Assembly: GCF_044704955.1 (NCBI RefSeq)
Contig: NC_091999.1
Span: 29,698,001 to 29,762,000, forward strand
DNA: 64,000 nt
Direction: 5' to 3'
Origin: Pristiophorus japonicus
Lineage: Eukaryota
In this document: positions 39,000 to 52,300 of the stretch, piece after piece
Layout: each line of letters begins with the position of its first letter
Numbering within the stretch: the stretch's first letter is position 1
Position numbers and translations under genes: made by a program
The notes under the pieces: generated by a model
The model's database searches: none
Seen by the model: the letters and a program-made list of their open reading frames with translations, nothing else
Told to the model about the DNA's origin: nothing

Positions 39000-40150
39000 A
39001 GTTTGGATTTCTTAATAAAAGAAAAAGACTCACCTGACAGACAGAAGAAATGTGGTGATATTCAGAATGAAAACAAAACGAAGAAAGCCTATGTAATAAT
39101 ACTCACCTGCTACAGAGGACAGATAGATACTTAAACACATCACATTCAAGAGTTAGAAGCTAAGATAAATAAGCTGGCAGAGAAAAAGACAGGACCAGAT
39201 AGATAGTGCAGAGCACAGCCATAGCACCATCACCTACGGTAATAGAGATAATGTACCCCAAGGTGGGTAAGTGCAGTCCACAACCCCAACCTAACAGTCA
39301 ATCAGACAGGGATAATGAGTTTGGAGTAGAGGTGGTCCCGGCACATGATAATGGCTATTTATCAGTGGCACTGATACGCACGACCACCATTCGCTCCAGC
39401 GGATGTAGAGCAGCCCACATTGCCATACAGGAGGTGCCCCTCAGCCCACAGCAGACAAATTCTATTGAATATTTTACCACGTGCTAAAGCAAAATAGTAG
39501 AGATACAGAACTCTGACAAAAAACTGGAGTAGAATACTTTGACTCAAAAGACAGGGAAAAGGGTTGGGGAGTACGGGGAACGAAAGTGGATTGAATACAA
39601 AAACCACTCTGGGGCTGATGACCGCAACAGAAATGATGCAGCATTCTTGAAAATGTTTAAGGATGGACTAGGAAAGGCACATCAAAAGATAATTAAGTGA
39701 GTATTTAAGACAGGAGATGATTATGATAAAACTTTGGAATGGGCAGAACATGTAGAGTGGTTAAAGTTAGAACAAGGGATAAATGAGCAAAAATAGCAGC
39801 AACAGCGTTAGCAGCAGAGACGAAGGAGGAAGAGAGAGACTCCCGCGCAGATCCACTGATATGTTTAAACTGCAATCAGGAAGGTAACTTCAGTAGGGAT
39901 TGCCTGCAGAAAAGCAGACGTTACAGCAATTCTAAAGGGACATGTCAAAATTGTGGTAAACTTGGACATTTGGCCAAAGATTGCTGGAGTTATGAGGAAG
40001 GCGCTGGATGGCGGGACCACAAACAGGCAAAGAAGGGAATACCATTAACCAGGGAAGATCTGATGGACATGCTCAGACAGGTACCAGCACCACTGGTACC
40101 ACTGCCACCACCGCCCCAACCCGAGAACACCCAATAACCAACTTAGATTT
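39000..40150 (+). pseudogene. gag: gag remnant with two zinc knuckles
   Basis: CLNCNQEGNFSRDC (~39862-39903) and CQNCGKLGHLAKDC (~39943-39984), followed by a Pro-rich segment. Boundaries approximate. Confidence 0.75.
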
Positions 40151-40479
40151 GCCCCTGACCCATAGGACCATCAACATACAAGGAGAGAGTGGGGGATATC
40201 AGAAAGCAACCCGAAGTGAGATGGTGTTGTCGAAGTACAGGGGTAATGCTACCTGCTCAGTTTTAGTGCTGTCAGAATACAGAAGACAACCTAAAGAAGG
40301 CATACAGAAGGCAGCGATACATTTCGGGAGATAGGGGTACTGATAGTTATTCAGCGTAATCGGATAATTTTGGGAGATAAGCACGGAACCGAATTAAGTT
40401 CGAAAACCCGGGACACCAGCAGCAACGAGTGGTAGGAACAACCATAATACAACCCGAGTGGGAAACAAAGGGTGTATGG

Positions 40480-42490
40480 GGTAGCGTGTGCCAATTATAC
40501 CCGACTCTGTGGGCACAATGCAAACAAGATTATGGATTAGCAGAGATATCACCCATCAAATTTCCTGGACCCTAACACAAAGCTCACCGACAGTTCCAAT
40601 TAACACCCGAAGATGAGGTAGCGGTCTGTCAGATAGTGCATGAATTAGAGGAGCAAAGTATATTCAAACATGTAATAGCCTCCATTAATTCACCTGTGTG
40701 GCTGATGAAGAAACCCGACAAGTCTTACCGATTGACTATCGATTATACCACCCTGAATAAGGTGACTTCCGGAGAACACCCAATAGTGGCAAGTCCAGCC
40801 ACAATTATTAATGGCCTGGATCCAGATCATCAGATATTCACCATGCTGGATATAGTGAATGGAACTTGGACCATTCCCTTAGCCAAAGGGTCTCAAGGAA
40901 AATTTGTCTTCAAGGTAAATGGATAACAAAACACATGGGCGAAGGTACAACTGGGATTCAATAACAGCTGGAGCATCTTTCATCGAATATTGTCTGGGAT
41001 TTTGGAACCAGTAGACTTAGGAGAAAGAAGGAGCGAAGTAACATATCTGGGATACATAATATCGTAAGGGAAGAAACAGATGCCCGAGGACAGTAAGGAA
41101 CAATTCAATCAATCCCCAGACCAGGAACCGTGAAAGGGGTCAGGCAGGTACTCGGGCTATTAAACTACTGCAGAAATGTTATTCCCGAATATGCCAAGAT
41201 GACCTAACCTATACAGAAACAGGTCAAAGGATGGGACCCCTCCTAAGAGCCAGTAATCTGGGGCCTAGATCAAGAAACTGCATATGTGCGGTTAAAACAA
41301 ACTCTCACAAGTGCTCCAGCCCTGGGACTACCAGACCAGAATAGGCCCTTTCACGTCTATACCTACCATATTAACCATCATTATAACGCGGTGGTCATTC
41401 AATTACATGGCGACAGGCATAGACCGTGGCATATTACTCAGATAAACCGCAACCTGTAGCTGCAGGACTGTCCAGGTGCGTTGCTGCCCTCGACTGTGCG
41501 GCTTGGGCCATCAGAGTTAACGAACCAATAATAATGTCAGGGTGCATTATTCTACAAACCCAGCGTACCTTAGTAGAATTACTTAAAACTGGAAGGCTAA
41601 AAATGTATTCGATGCACAAATGGCGAGGTGGTAAATAATGTTCTCCCCCCTCCTTTCCCGCCACCCCCCACCCCCCGCCCCACCCCACTCAACGGGACGG
41701 TAACAATAATAAAAGACGCCTGCAGGGTGGATCATTACAGAGGGAGAGGAGCATCATTGTAGCACAACAGAAGATGAGGAAGTAGTCAGGCAAGTGAAAC
41801 CCTGCTTGAGGAGGCAGACATGGATCTATATGTAGATGAGTTTCGGCGCTATATCAATGGGACACCACAGACAGGATGGGTCGTGGTAGATAGCAGCGGT
41901 CAGGTCAAAGAGGAAGGACGGTTAGTAGAGAATCTATCAGCTCAAGTGGTTGAATTAGTGGTTCTCACTGAGGATCTGAGGCTTGCGAGGGGAAAATGAG
42001 TAAATATCTATACAGACAGTCGATATGCTTTCGGAGTAGAGCATGATTATATGATAGCCTGGAGCAGACGGTGATACAGGACCTCAGGAGGAGGACCGAT
42101 TAAACATGAGGAGATTGGGAAACATCTAGTGGAAGCCTCCTTCCTACCCCAGGAGTGTGCGATAATAAAGATCAAAGCACACGTAAAAAATAATGATCAG
42201 TATGAACAGGGGAATGCATGGACAGATGAAGCAGCAAAGCGAGTGGCAGGTATACTGGCCGGGGAAGCCCTAGGCAGAGCATGTACAATTGGGCCTGAGG
42301 AAGTAAATATGCTTGAGGGACAGGGAGAGGCCACTCCGCAGGAACAGGAGGAGTGGAAGCAGAGAGGGCCAAACAAGGGACCGACAGGATATGGAGAAAA
42401 GATGGGAATGTGGTGGCCCCGGAATGCATCCAGGGGAGCCTATTAAATTTATACCACGGGTATGTGCATACAGGTAGAACCAACATGATA
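40480..42490 (+). pseudogene. pol: pol remnant (RT, tether, RNase H; YxDD segment and most of the integrase not found)
   Basis: NSPVWLMKKPDKSYRLTIDYTTLNKV, LDIVNG, GFNNS, LGLLNYCR, LKQTLTSAPALGLPD, VAYYS, LYVDE, SAQVVELV, NIYTDSRYAFG, IKIKAH...QGNAWTDEAAK. Confidence 0.85.
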
Positions 42491-42799
42491 AGCTCGATAT
42501 CCAGATGCTGGTGATGGATTTAGAGAACGACACTAAGAAACAGAAGTTCCAAACACCCCAAATAGGCAGTCAAGAGATTACCCCAGAGAGGTTCGGGATC
42601 GCATCCAAATGGATCGGTCTCGATCAGGTAATCATGGTAAGTTATGGTACTTATAAGGAGTATCGGCAAGTGGAAACACTGGATCCAGTTAAAAAAGCAT
42701 GGTCACTAACTAACCAGTGACGACCGGAAAATATTGCTTTTTGCAGGACTCAAGAGCTCGTGGAAATAACGTGGAGTAACGCAGCCTCATATCAGGGAC

Positions 42800-44720
42800 A
42801 ACAGACTGAGGGATGGCAAGGCCTGTATTACAGGGACTTGGGCGACATTAGTTTAATAAAACATCAAAAACACTGATGGTGACGGACAGAACAACAGTAG
42901 AGTTAAATAACGGGCATAAAACAACGTAACAAGGAAACGAAACAACATTGGGGATGTGTCAATAATACGGGACCATAATTAGTGGGAATAAGACCGCGGT
43001 GTGTTTTATAATCAGGAGGGTCAAACATACTGCACCCGGGGAAGGGGGTGCAGATTTCACTAACATCTATGAATAGTGGTGGAGGGATATCTCCAGAGAT
43101 AGACCCACCAACACGGCCCCATCCACTAGTTTAGCAACAGTGAGCATTACCAGGACCTCGACCATCACACCCCTAGCGCCACAAACATGTCCAAATGTGA
43201 ACACTGGGGCAAAAGAGAAATTGCTATGGCAGACCAAGGATAAGATACACTTCAGGGTACGTCAGCGAATAATTACTGTATTCGTAAATTTAAACAATAT
43301 AAATAACACCAACATCTGCAGGTTAAACAGTATAAGCCTGTATAGAAACCTGACCCTGCGAGCACTTAAAGGCCCTCAATCAAAAGCCATGAAATTTATT
43401 GTCGAAAGAGGGTCAGGTAAAAAACGGGACAGGGGAAAAAGAGGGATGCTAGAAATGGTACACGGTGGGATACGTTGCGGGAGTTGGAACACTATAGAGC
43501 CAGACACGATAGATGATCGAGTTAACGCCCAAACACAAACCTTACAGGAATTGCTGGAAAGGGATGAGGATCATGAAACGTTACAGACACAACTGGGTAA
43601 TGGCGCAGAAAGAGAATTATTAAAGTGGCCCACACATTGCGAGACCACGCCAGAACTAAAAATGAATAGAGCAGAAACGAATTTAAGTAAAACCATACAG
43701 ACAGAACTATTATATATAGGATATGGAGTGTGGTTGCTGAATGGAATAAAACATAACATTGAACAGCTTCAGAATGGAAAGGTGCCGGATTGGATAACAC
43801 TCGATATATTTACCAACTGGACCTGCGAAAAAACATGACTCATGCCTGCGAGGTGCAGAGAAACAGTCATGCTTGGGTTTCAAAGGCCTGCTGTGTAACC
43901 ACACATTAAATATATGTTTTATTATCTATATGACAGTATGATGTGACAATGGTAGATACTCTACACCAAACAATGTAGGAGTAAAAAGGAATCAAACTCG
44001 TGTGCAGTACGATGAAAAAACAGAAATTTAATTGAAGAGAACAACAGTACTAAGAGTCTCAGCATATCTAGATTGTTATAAAAATAACCAAGTTGCTTTA
44101 TGTCGAGATCTACTACGAATGATCAAAGATGACTGTGGATATAACCAAGTGGACGGGTGCACCTTGAGCATCACCTCCACTAACACAGGACTACAAAATT
44201 ATCGCTGTTTCACGAGGATATGGAGATTCATGTGTGAGCACCACGGCAACTGAAATGAAGAAAGGAACACGTCATGCACCATTATGGATATTGACTTCTG
44301 CTTTACTCCACTTAACGAGACAGATATAAATGGGTTTATTATAACCCCTGAGCTAAAGGAGGAAAATCGACGGGGCAATGATGGACATTACCTGAGGAGG
44401 TTATGCGAAGGCCATCGGACAACAAGGAAAACCAATACTCCAACTGAAAGAGAAACAAACTGGACTGAATTGGACACCATTCGTCAACATAGAGGATACC
44501 CCAGGCAGGGCAGGAATTCGATAGAATAGAGAAGACCCCAAGTGGAGGAAAAATAGAAGAAAGAGATGATACCCCAGGCGGGGCATAATTCGAACACCGA
44601 GAAAATATTGGCTAGAAAGGACTTATACACAAACTATGCTGGACTCAATGTACTGGTTGTAGTGCAAGGGAACTCACCTTGCTAGTATTATCCTTTAAAA
44701 AGCTGTAACCGACGTAAGAG
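42800..44720 (+). pseudogene. env: env-like glycoprotein remnant
   Basis: Lies between pol and the 3' LTR. ORF 43140-43838 has a furin-like RGKR site, N-glycosylation sequons and a downstream helical segment, followed by Cys-rich fragments (LDCYKNNQVALC, DDCGYNQVDGC). Confidence 0.65.
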
Positions 44721-45545
44721 GCAGGCCCTAGTCCGTACTATGCATAAAACATTGAAGAAAGGGAAATCAGACAGTCCGGCAGAAAGGACATACATAGTAT
44801 AACCTTGATGGGAAAACCAACAGATAGCTCCAGGAGCTCGGGAAGTAGCACTACCCAAGTAAAAGGTCACCCCTGGAAGCTCACCCATGTGGAATTAATT
44901 GCGAAATTGCCTATCTTGGGCATATAGCCAAGGGCCATTATGTGGAATTGTAAAGGATAAATAATAAGGTTGTAGATATGGGGTCAGAATTATGCTGAAG
45001 GTTGTGAACTTATCAATTACCTATGTATGTAACACTTGCTTATAAAGGTATAACACGCTTATACGCAGTATATTATAGCTTAACCTTAGTAAGACTTAAG
45101 CAGCCAAAGCCAACAGTTTTCTTTACAATCCCTGAGAAGAGATAAAGAAGCCAGGAGAATCACACCAGGCATCGGATAGACTGGGGTAGAGGGCAAAATG
45201 GAACAAAACAAAGATGAGAGATGGGCAGTTTCATGTACCACTCAGAGCCCGTCTGATAAGAGTCAACAAATCAATGTAACTTCGCTAATAGCAATAGACC
45301 TATCAATGATTTTGCAGGAGGTTAGCTCCTCTCCAACACCTGTATAAATTATGCTTGAAAACCCTTCTATTTCAGTGGTTCCAAGACTGAACCTTCCCGT
45401 GCATTACTCTTAATAAAACCAACAAACCTGAGGTTTCGTTTGTTTACTTCCTTGGTCGTTATACAGTGGGAAGCTGGGCAAGATGTCGTTTAACTACATC
45501 AGTTAGTCCACCTTAAAGGAGAGAAGCCTCCTTTTTACCCCAACA

Positions 45546-47615
45546 CCTCCCCTCCTCACCCCTCCCCTCTCCTCTCCTCTATCCTCACATCTCTCCTATG
45601 CTCGTCTCCTCTCCTCTCCCCTGCCTTCTCCCCTCCTCTACTCTATTCTCCTCTCCTATCCTCGCCCCTACCCTCTCCTGTCCCCTGCCCAGTCCTCTCC
45701 TCTAATCCCCTCCCCTCTTCACTCCAATTACCTCTCCTCTCCTCTCATCACATCTACTCTCCATTCCTCTACTCTCCCCTGCTCTGCTTTCTTCTCACCT
45801 CTCCTCCCCTACACTCTCGTCCCCTCCCTGCTCATCTCTACCCTCCTCTCTCCGCTCGTCCCTCTTTTCCACCCCTCTCCACAACTCTCCTCCTCTCGCC
45901 TCCCCTCTCCTCCACACTCCTCTCATCTCCTCTCTACTCTGCTCACCTCCTTTTCCTTTCATCTTCTCTCCTCCTCTCCCCTCTCCTCCTCTATCCTCTC
46001 CACTCGGCTCATCCCTTCTCCCATCTGCTCCTCTCTCCTCTCCACTTCTCTCCTCACCTGTTTTCCCGTTCTCTCCTCTCTCCTCTCCCATCTCCCCGCC
46101 TTTCCACAACTCTCCTCCCCTTTCATCTGTTCTCCTCAACTCTCTTATGTCCTCATTTTCTCCCCTCTCGCCTACCTTCTCCATGCCTCTATTCCATTCT
46201 CCCCTCACCCCGACCCTCTTCTCCTCCCCTTTCCTCTCCTCCATTCTCCTCTCATCTCCTCTCCTCTGCTCTCTCATCTCCAATCATCTCCTCTCCTCCC
46301 CTATCCTCTCCTCCCCCCTGTTTTCAAGTCGCTTCTATCTCTACTCTCCTCTCCACTCCAATCATCTCTATTCCGCTCCCCTAAATTCTCCCCTCTTCTC
46401 CTCTCCCCTCTGTCTCACCTCTTCACCCCTTTCATTTTAACTCCTCTCCTCAAACTGTGTCCTCTGATGTTCTCCCCTCTCTTCTCCTTCCCGCTCCTCT
46501 CGTTCCCTCTGCTCTCCTGTACCCTCTCCACTCCTCTCTTCTCCACTCCTCTCCTTGCCCTCCTACCCTCTCCTCCCATCTGCTCTCCTTTCCTCTACCC
46601 TCTTTTCACCTCCTCCTCTCATTCATTGTCTTCTCTCTCCTCTCCTCTCCTCTAACTTCACCACCCCTCTTTTCCATTCACCTCTACTCACCTCTGCACT
46701 ACCCACTCTTCTTTCCTCTCCTGCCCTCTTTTCTACTCTCCGCTCTTGTCCCATGTCTCATCCTCTCCTCTCCTCTAATCTACTACCCTCCTCTCTCCTT
46801 TTCTTCTTTTCTCTCCTCTCCTCTCATCTCCTCTACTCTCCTCTCCGTTGCTCGACTCTCCACAGCTCTTCTCCCCTCCATTCTCCTCCCCACTTCCCCT
46901 CTCTTCTCCCCTCTCCTCCCCTCCCTTCTCATCTCTTCTCGCCCCTGCTCTCCCCACTCTCTTCCTCTCTTCTCCTCTGATGGTCTCTCCTCTACTCTCC
47001 CGGCGCCCTTCCCCTCTCCTCTGCTCTACTCTCCTTCCCTCGCATCCTCTCTCCCCTCTCCACTTCACTCCATTCCTCCCTTCTGCGTTCCGCTCCTCTC
47101 CTCCTCTCCCCTCTCATCTCTCTTCTCTCCCCTACCTTCTCCCCACCTCTATTCCACTCTCCTCTCCTACCATCTCCCCTACACTCTCATCTCCATTCCC
47201 TTCCTCTCTTCTCTTCCCCTCTCATATCTTCTCCTCTGCCCTCTTTTCTCCTCTCTTGTCCTCTCCTTAGATCTTATCAACTCTCCTCTCCATTCCTCTA
47301 CTCATCTCTGCTCTGCTCTCCTCTCTACTTCCCCTATCCTCTATCCTCTCCTCCACTAAACCCTCCTCCCCTTCCTGCTCATCTTCTCTCTTTCCTCCTC
47401 CAACCTCTCCTCTCACCTCCTATCCTCTAATCTGCTCTGCTGTCTTCTCCACTCCACTCATCTCCTCCCCTCACCTCTGCTCTCCTATTCCCCTCCTCTC
47501 CTCTCCTCCACACTCATCTCCTCTCGCCTACTCCCCTCCCGCCTCCTGTCCTCTCTCTTCTCCCCTCCTCACCTTTCTGCTCATTTCATCGCCTTTCCTC
47601 ACTTCCAGTCTCTCC
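45546..47615. repeat. ~2-kb polypyrimidine (CTCTC/CTCCT-type) low-complexity tract
   Basis: Strongly C/T-biased on the + strand; degenerate (CCTCT)n. Confidence 0.95.
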
Positions 47616-47679
47616 ATTCCATGCTCTGAGTAAAATAAACGATAGCACGGCGTGTGACTATCTGCATGGCATTGGTCGC

Positions 47680-48920
47680 CATGAATCCTTACTGACAATT
47701 GTATTAACAGCACACATGTATCCTTACTGACCATTGTATTATCTGTCCCCATGTACCCTTACTGACCAATATGTTATCTGCCCTCATATGCCCTTACGGA
47801 CCACTGTATTATCTGTCCCCATGAACCCTTACTGACCAATATATTATATGCCCCATGTCCCCTTAGTGACCACTGTATTATCTGTCGCCACGTATCATTA
47901 CTGACCTCTGTATTATCTGTCCACATGTATCCTTACTCACCATTATATTAACAGTCACCATGTACCCTTACTCACCATTTTATTATCCTTCCCAATGTAC
48001 CCTTACTGACCATTGTATTATCTGTCCCCATGTATCCTAATTGACGACTGTATTATCCATCCGCATGTACACTTAGTGACCACTGTATTATCAGTCCCAT
48101 GTATCCTTACTCGCCATTATATTAACAGTCACCATGTACCCTTACTGACCATTGTATTATCAGTCCCCATGTACCCTTACTCACCACTGTATTATCAGTC
48201 CCCATGTACCCTTACTGACAACTGTATTATCAGTCCCCATGTACCCTTACTGACCATTGTATTATCTGTCCCCATGTATCCTAATTGACGACTGTATTAT
48301 CAGTCCGCATGTACACTTAGTGACCACTGTATTATCAGTCCCATGTATCCTTACTCGCCATTATATTAACAGTCACCATGTACCCTTACTGACCATTGTA
48401 TTATCAGTCCTCATGCACCCTTACTGACCACTGTATTATCAGTCCCCATGTACCCTTCCTGACCATTGTATTATCTGTCCCCATGTATCCTAATTGACGA
48501 CTGTATTATCCATCCGCATGTACACTTAGTGACCACTGTATTATCAGCCCCATGTATCCTTACTCGCCATTATATTAACAGTCACCATGTACCCTTACTG
48601 ACCATTGTATTATCAGTCCTCATGTACCCTTACTGACCACTGTATTATCAGTCCCCATGTACCCTTACTGACCATTGTATTATCAGTCCTCATGTACCCT
48701 TACTGACCACTGTATTATCAGTCCCCATGTATCCTTACTGACCATTGTATTATCAGTCCTCATGTATCCTTACTGACCATTGTATTATCAGTCCTCATGT
48801 ATCTTTACTGACCATTGTGTGATCAGTCGTCATATATCTTTACTGACCATTGTATTATCAGTGCCAATGTATCCTTACTTAGCACTGTACTCTCAGTCCC
48901 CATGTATGTTACTGACCTTT
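47680..48920. repeat. 35-bp satellite, about 35 copies, with higher-order structure
   Basis: Unit CATGTACCCTTACTGACCATTGTATTATCAGTCCC; two units span 48651-48721 (70 bp). Confidence 0.95.
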
Positions 48921-49273
48921 ACTTAGAAATCTATCCTTCCATTTGTTTTATTTCACTTGTGTTACGCCGAGAAGTGAATTGAAAATCTGAAATTACAGAG
49001 TTATTTTACATCTCAGTAATAATAGAAACTCCCTAAATGAAGCTGCTCCCTTCACATGCATGCTGTGATTCTGTGGACTTAACTATTTTTGCTTTTACCA
49101 ATAGTGCTTGGTTTTGGATAACGTTATTTGATTTGAAAGCCACGTTGCTTTTAAGATATTTTGCAATTGAAAGTGATGCAAAGAAAAGTTTCGGACAACT
49201 TGTTTATTCAGTGACTGTGATCAATATCCTTCAGTGTGCAGTTTAATTGTCTCACTGGAGAGTTCACTCAGGC

Positions 49274-49279
49274 TATAAA
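49274..49279 (+). promoter_or_regulatory. Putative TATA box of the GPCR gene
   Basis: GGCTATAAAT about 95 bp upstream of the ATG at 49370. Confidence 0.5.
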
Positions 49280-49369
49280 TAGGTGTTTTTTCAGCCTGTA
49301 TAGCAATGTTTGACTGAAGTTGTTGTCTAAAACGAACAGTTCTCATTGGAGGTCACAGAAAGTCAAATC

Positions 49370-52300
49370 ATGTTCTGGGAGATTCCAACTGAGCTTAGTA
49401 TCCTGTGGGCACTTTTAAATGTGGAACGTATTTATTACCCGCTCCTCGCTGCTGTTGGTGTTCCTGGTGAGACCTTCATCTGCAATTAATTATGGAACCC
49501 ATGTTTCTCTGTATTTTCTGTCCTTGTCCTTTAGTTCTAGTTATTAATTGTATTCAATTTAAACCTCTTGTTCTGTGTCTGGCAATGCAAAGAAGTTTCT
49601 GTCATGTAATGTTTGATCATTTGTGAATTCGCTGCTCCCAGTTCAATGAACAGTATGTTGTTTTCACAATTTAAACCTGTTTTCTGTGTCTGGCAATGCA
49701 CGGAAGTTTCTGTCATGTAATGTTTGATAATTTGCTGATTCGCTGCTCCCAGTTCAATGAACAGTATGTTGTTTTCACAATTTAAATCACTTGTTCTGAG
49801 TCTGGCAATGCACAGAAGTTTCTGTCATGTAATGTTTGATCATTTGCTGATTCGCTGACCCCAGTTCAATGAACAGTATGTTGTTTTCACAATTTAAATC
49901 ACTTGTTCTGAGTCTGGCAATGCACAGAAGTTTCTGTCATGTAATGCTTGATCATTTGCTGACTCACTGCTCCCAGTTCAATAAATAGTGTGTTGTTTCC
50001 GCAACTTGTTTCCAGTGATAGTGGTTTACAGGATTTGACAGAAATTTGATTTTATTGACACAAGATATGTTAGTGAACGATTATATTATAGAACAGCTTG
50101 CAGTCAGCTTTCTGCACTGATGCCCAGTGTTAGATAATAAATATGTGTTCAGCGATAATACGTGTTTTAAGGACCGCTGGTTATTGTTAATGAAACTGCT
50201 CTGTGGAAATCAGCGTTAAGAGATCCTTCACAAATACACTGAGATATGGGAGATTATCCACTAATGATTCAGCTATAGACAGTTGTCGTAATTTCCACTG
50301 CCTCCCGCTCTGCCTCACAGTCACTACTACCAGATGGTCAGGACAGGGTTAAAACTGCAATACGTCTTCCAGTAAAATGTTTATTCAGTTGTGTTTGAAT
50401 TTATTTATTTCCCTTGTTCAGCCACAGTTCAGGAGATTTCGGTGTGGGCCGCACGGTAGCAACTATTCAAAATGGAGCACTATATTGTGAAATATTTTGA
50501 TATTTCCAGTCTCAAACGCTCTCTGTCAACTGGAAGTCTGTAACATTCTCACACCAGGTGAAAGGCAGCAGGTTGACACAGTTCCAGCTGTAAACAGACA
50601 CGTTCGAAAATCCTCTGTGACATCATACAACATGCGTCATCATCAGTCTATTGTAAAGCGACAGTCCCTTCTTTAAAGATTATTTGCAATATTCTTGGAA
50701 AGTCAGCTTAAGCCAGTTACAAAGTGTACTTTCAATACAATGGTTGGAAAGGTTCTGATTTCGATACATAATGCAATTCAAGTCATCTTCTTCAGCCTTC
50801 GACACAACCGCCATAATCTCGCCAAAGACTCCATTCTCCTCTCTGGCAACAAATTTCATTCCCCACCTTGGCCACAGACTCCATTCCCCTCCCTGTACAG
50901 AATCCATTCCTTTTCATGGCCACAGACTCCATTCCTCCCTTGGCCCACAACTCCATTCTCCTCCCTGGACACAGATTCCATTCCCCTCGCTGTCCCCAGA
51001 CTACATTCCCATCCCTGGACAATGACTCTATTCCCCTCAATGGACACAGGTTATTGACAAACTCGCGGCTTCTTGTGCTGAATTATTGCTCACTCTGACT
51101 TGGATATGGCGTTATATATTAGTCTCATTCAGCGCTTTAACATCCCGGCAAAAGTCCAACACATTAATTCTTTCAGTCATGACCCAGCAACCACACATCA
51201 CATCCACCGCTTCACTCACTCCCTGTCACAACACCCAAACATCCCATCCACTGGTACATTCAGTCCAGAGCCAACACCCACACTTTCCATCCATTGGTAC
51301 ATTCAGTCCTTGCCACGACACCCACACGTCCCATATATTGGTTCTTTCAATACCTGTGCCAAACACCACACGACCCATCCGCTGGTGTAATCAGTCCTGA
51401 CCCAAACACCACACGACCCATCCGCTGGTGTAATCAGTCTTGACCCAAACACCACACGACCCATCCGCTGGTGTAATCAGTCCTGACCCAAACACCACAC
51501 GACCCATCCGCTGGTGTAATCAGTCCTGACCCAAACACCACACGACCCATCCGCTGGTGTAATCAGTCCTGACCCAAACACCACACGTCCCATCCGCTGG
51601 TGTAATCAGTCCTGACCCAAACACCACACGTCCCATCCGCTGGTGTAATCAGTCCTGACCCAAACACCACACGTCCCATTGGATAGTTCTTTTAATCCTG
51701 ACACATTTCACACATAATTCTTTGAGACTGCTGTTGTTGCTCTCAATCTGAAATATAAATTCCCTGTTTTTCTCTTTCTTGCAGTGAACTTAGTGACGAT
51801 AATGATCCTGTCTCGAGGAAGGTGCGGTCTCTCCAAGTGTGTTTGTCGTTACCTGGTGGCAATGGCAGCGGCAGATCTACTGGTCGTTATCCTCGACCTG
51901 ATATCCAGGCAGATTTCTATTCTTTATTCAACCGTGTTTGAGTTCATGTGGAAGATTAATGTTTGTAATATCCATGCCATCCTGCTTTACGCAGTCACAG
52001 ACTGTTCCGTCTGGTTCACAGTTGCTTTTACCTTTGATCGATGTATAGCCATTTGTTGTCAGAAGCTCAAAACCAAATATTGCACCGAGAAAACGGCGAC
52101 TGTGGTTGTGGGAACAGTGACTGCGCTGTTCTGTGTAAAGAACACTGTCTGGTACTTTATGTATGGAGGTATGTATCAGATTTCCAATGGTCCCTGGTTT
52201 TGTTTTGTTACATGGGAAGTCTCTGAGTCACTATCATGGGCAGTAATTGAATTCCTTCATTATTTTATAACACCGTTTATTCCATTTGTTCTGATCCTTC

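Larger units (their letters stand above)
37149..45545 (+). mobile_element. ERV-like element B: LTR-gag-pol-env-LTR, degenerate
   Basis: Diverged ~600-bp direct repeats at 37149-37747 and 44949-45545, both ending ...CCCCAACA. PBS TGGCGTCATGAACCGGAT at 37750-37767 (16/18 to a recalled tRNA-Ser(CGA) PBS). Confidence 0.9.

Noticed and set aside
45795-47752. Long ORFs rich in Leu/Ser/Pro or Arg/Gly/Glu
   Set aside because: Artefacts of the CT-rich low-complexity tract.
47680-48920. 35-bp repeat (and the 43-bp and 62-bp arrays) as CRISPR-like arrays
   Set aside because: The units are contiguous with no unique spacers, there are no cas genes, and the context is vertebrate.
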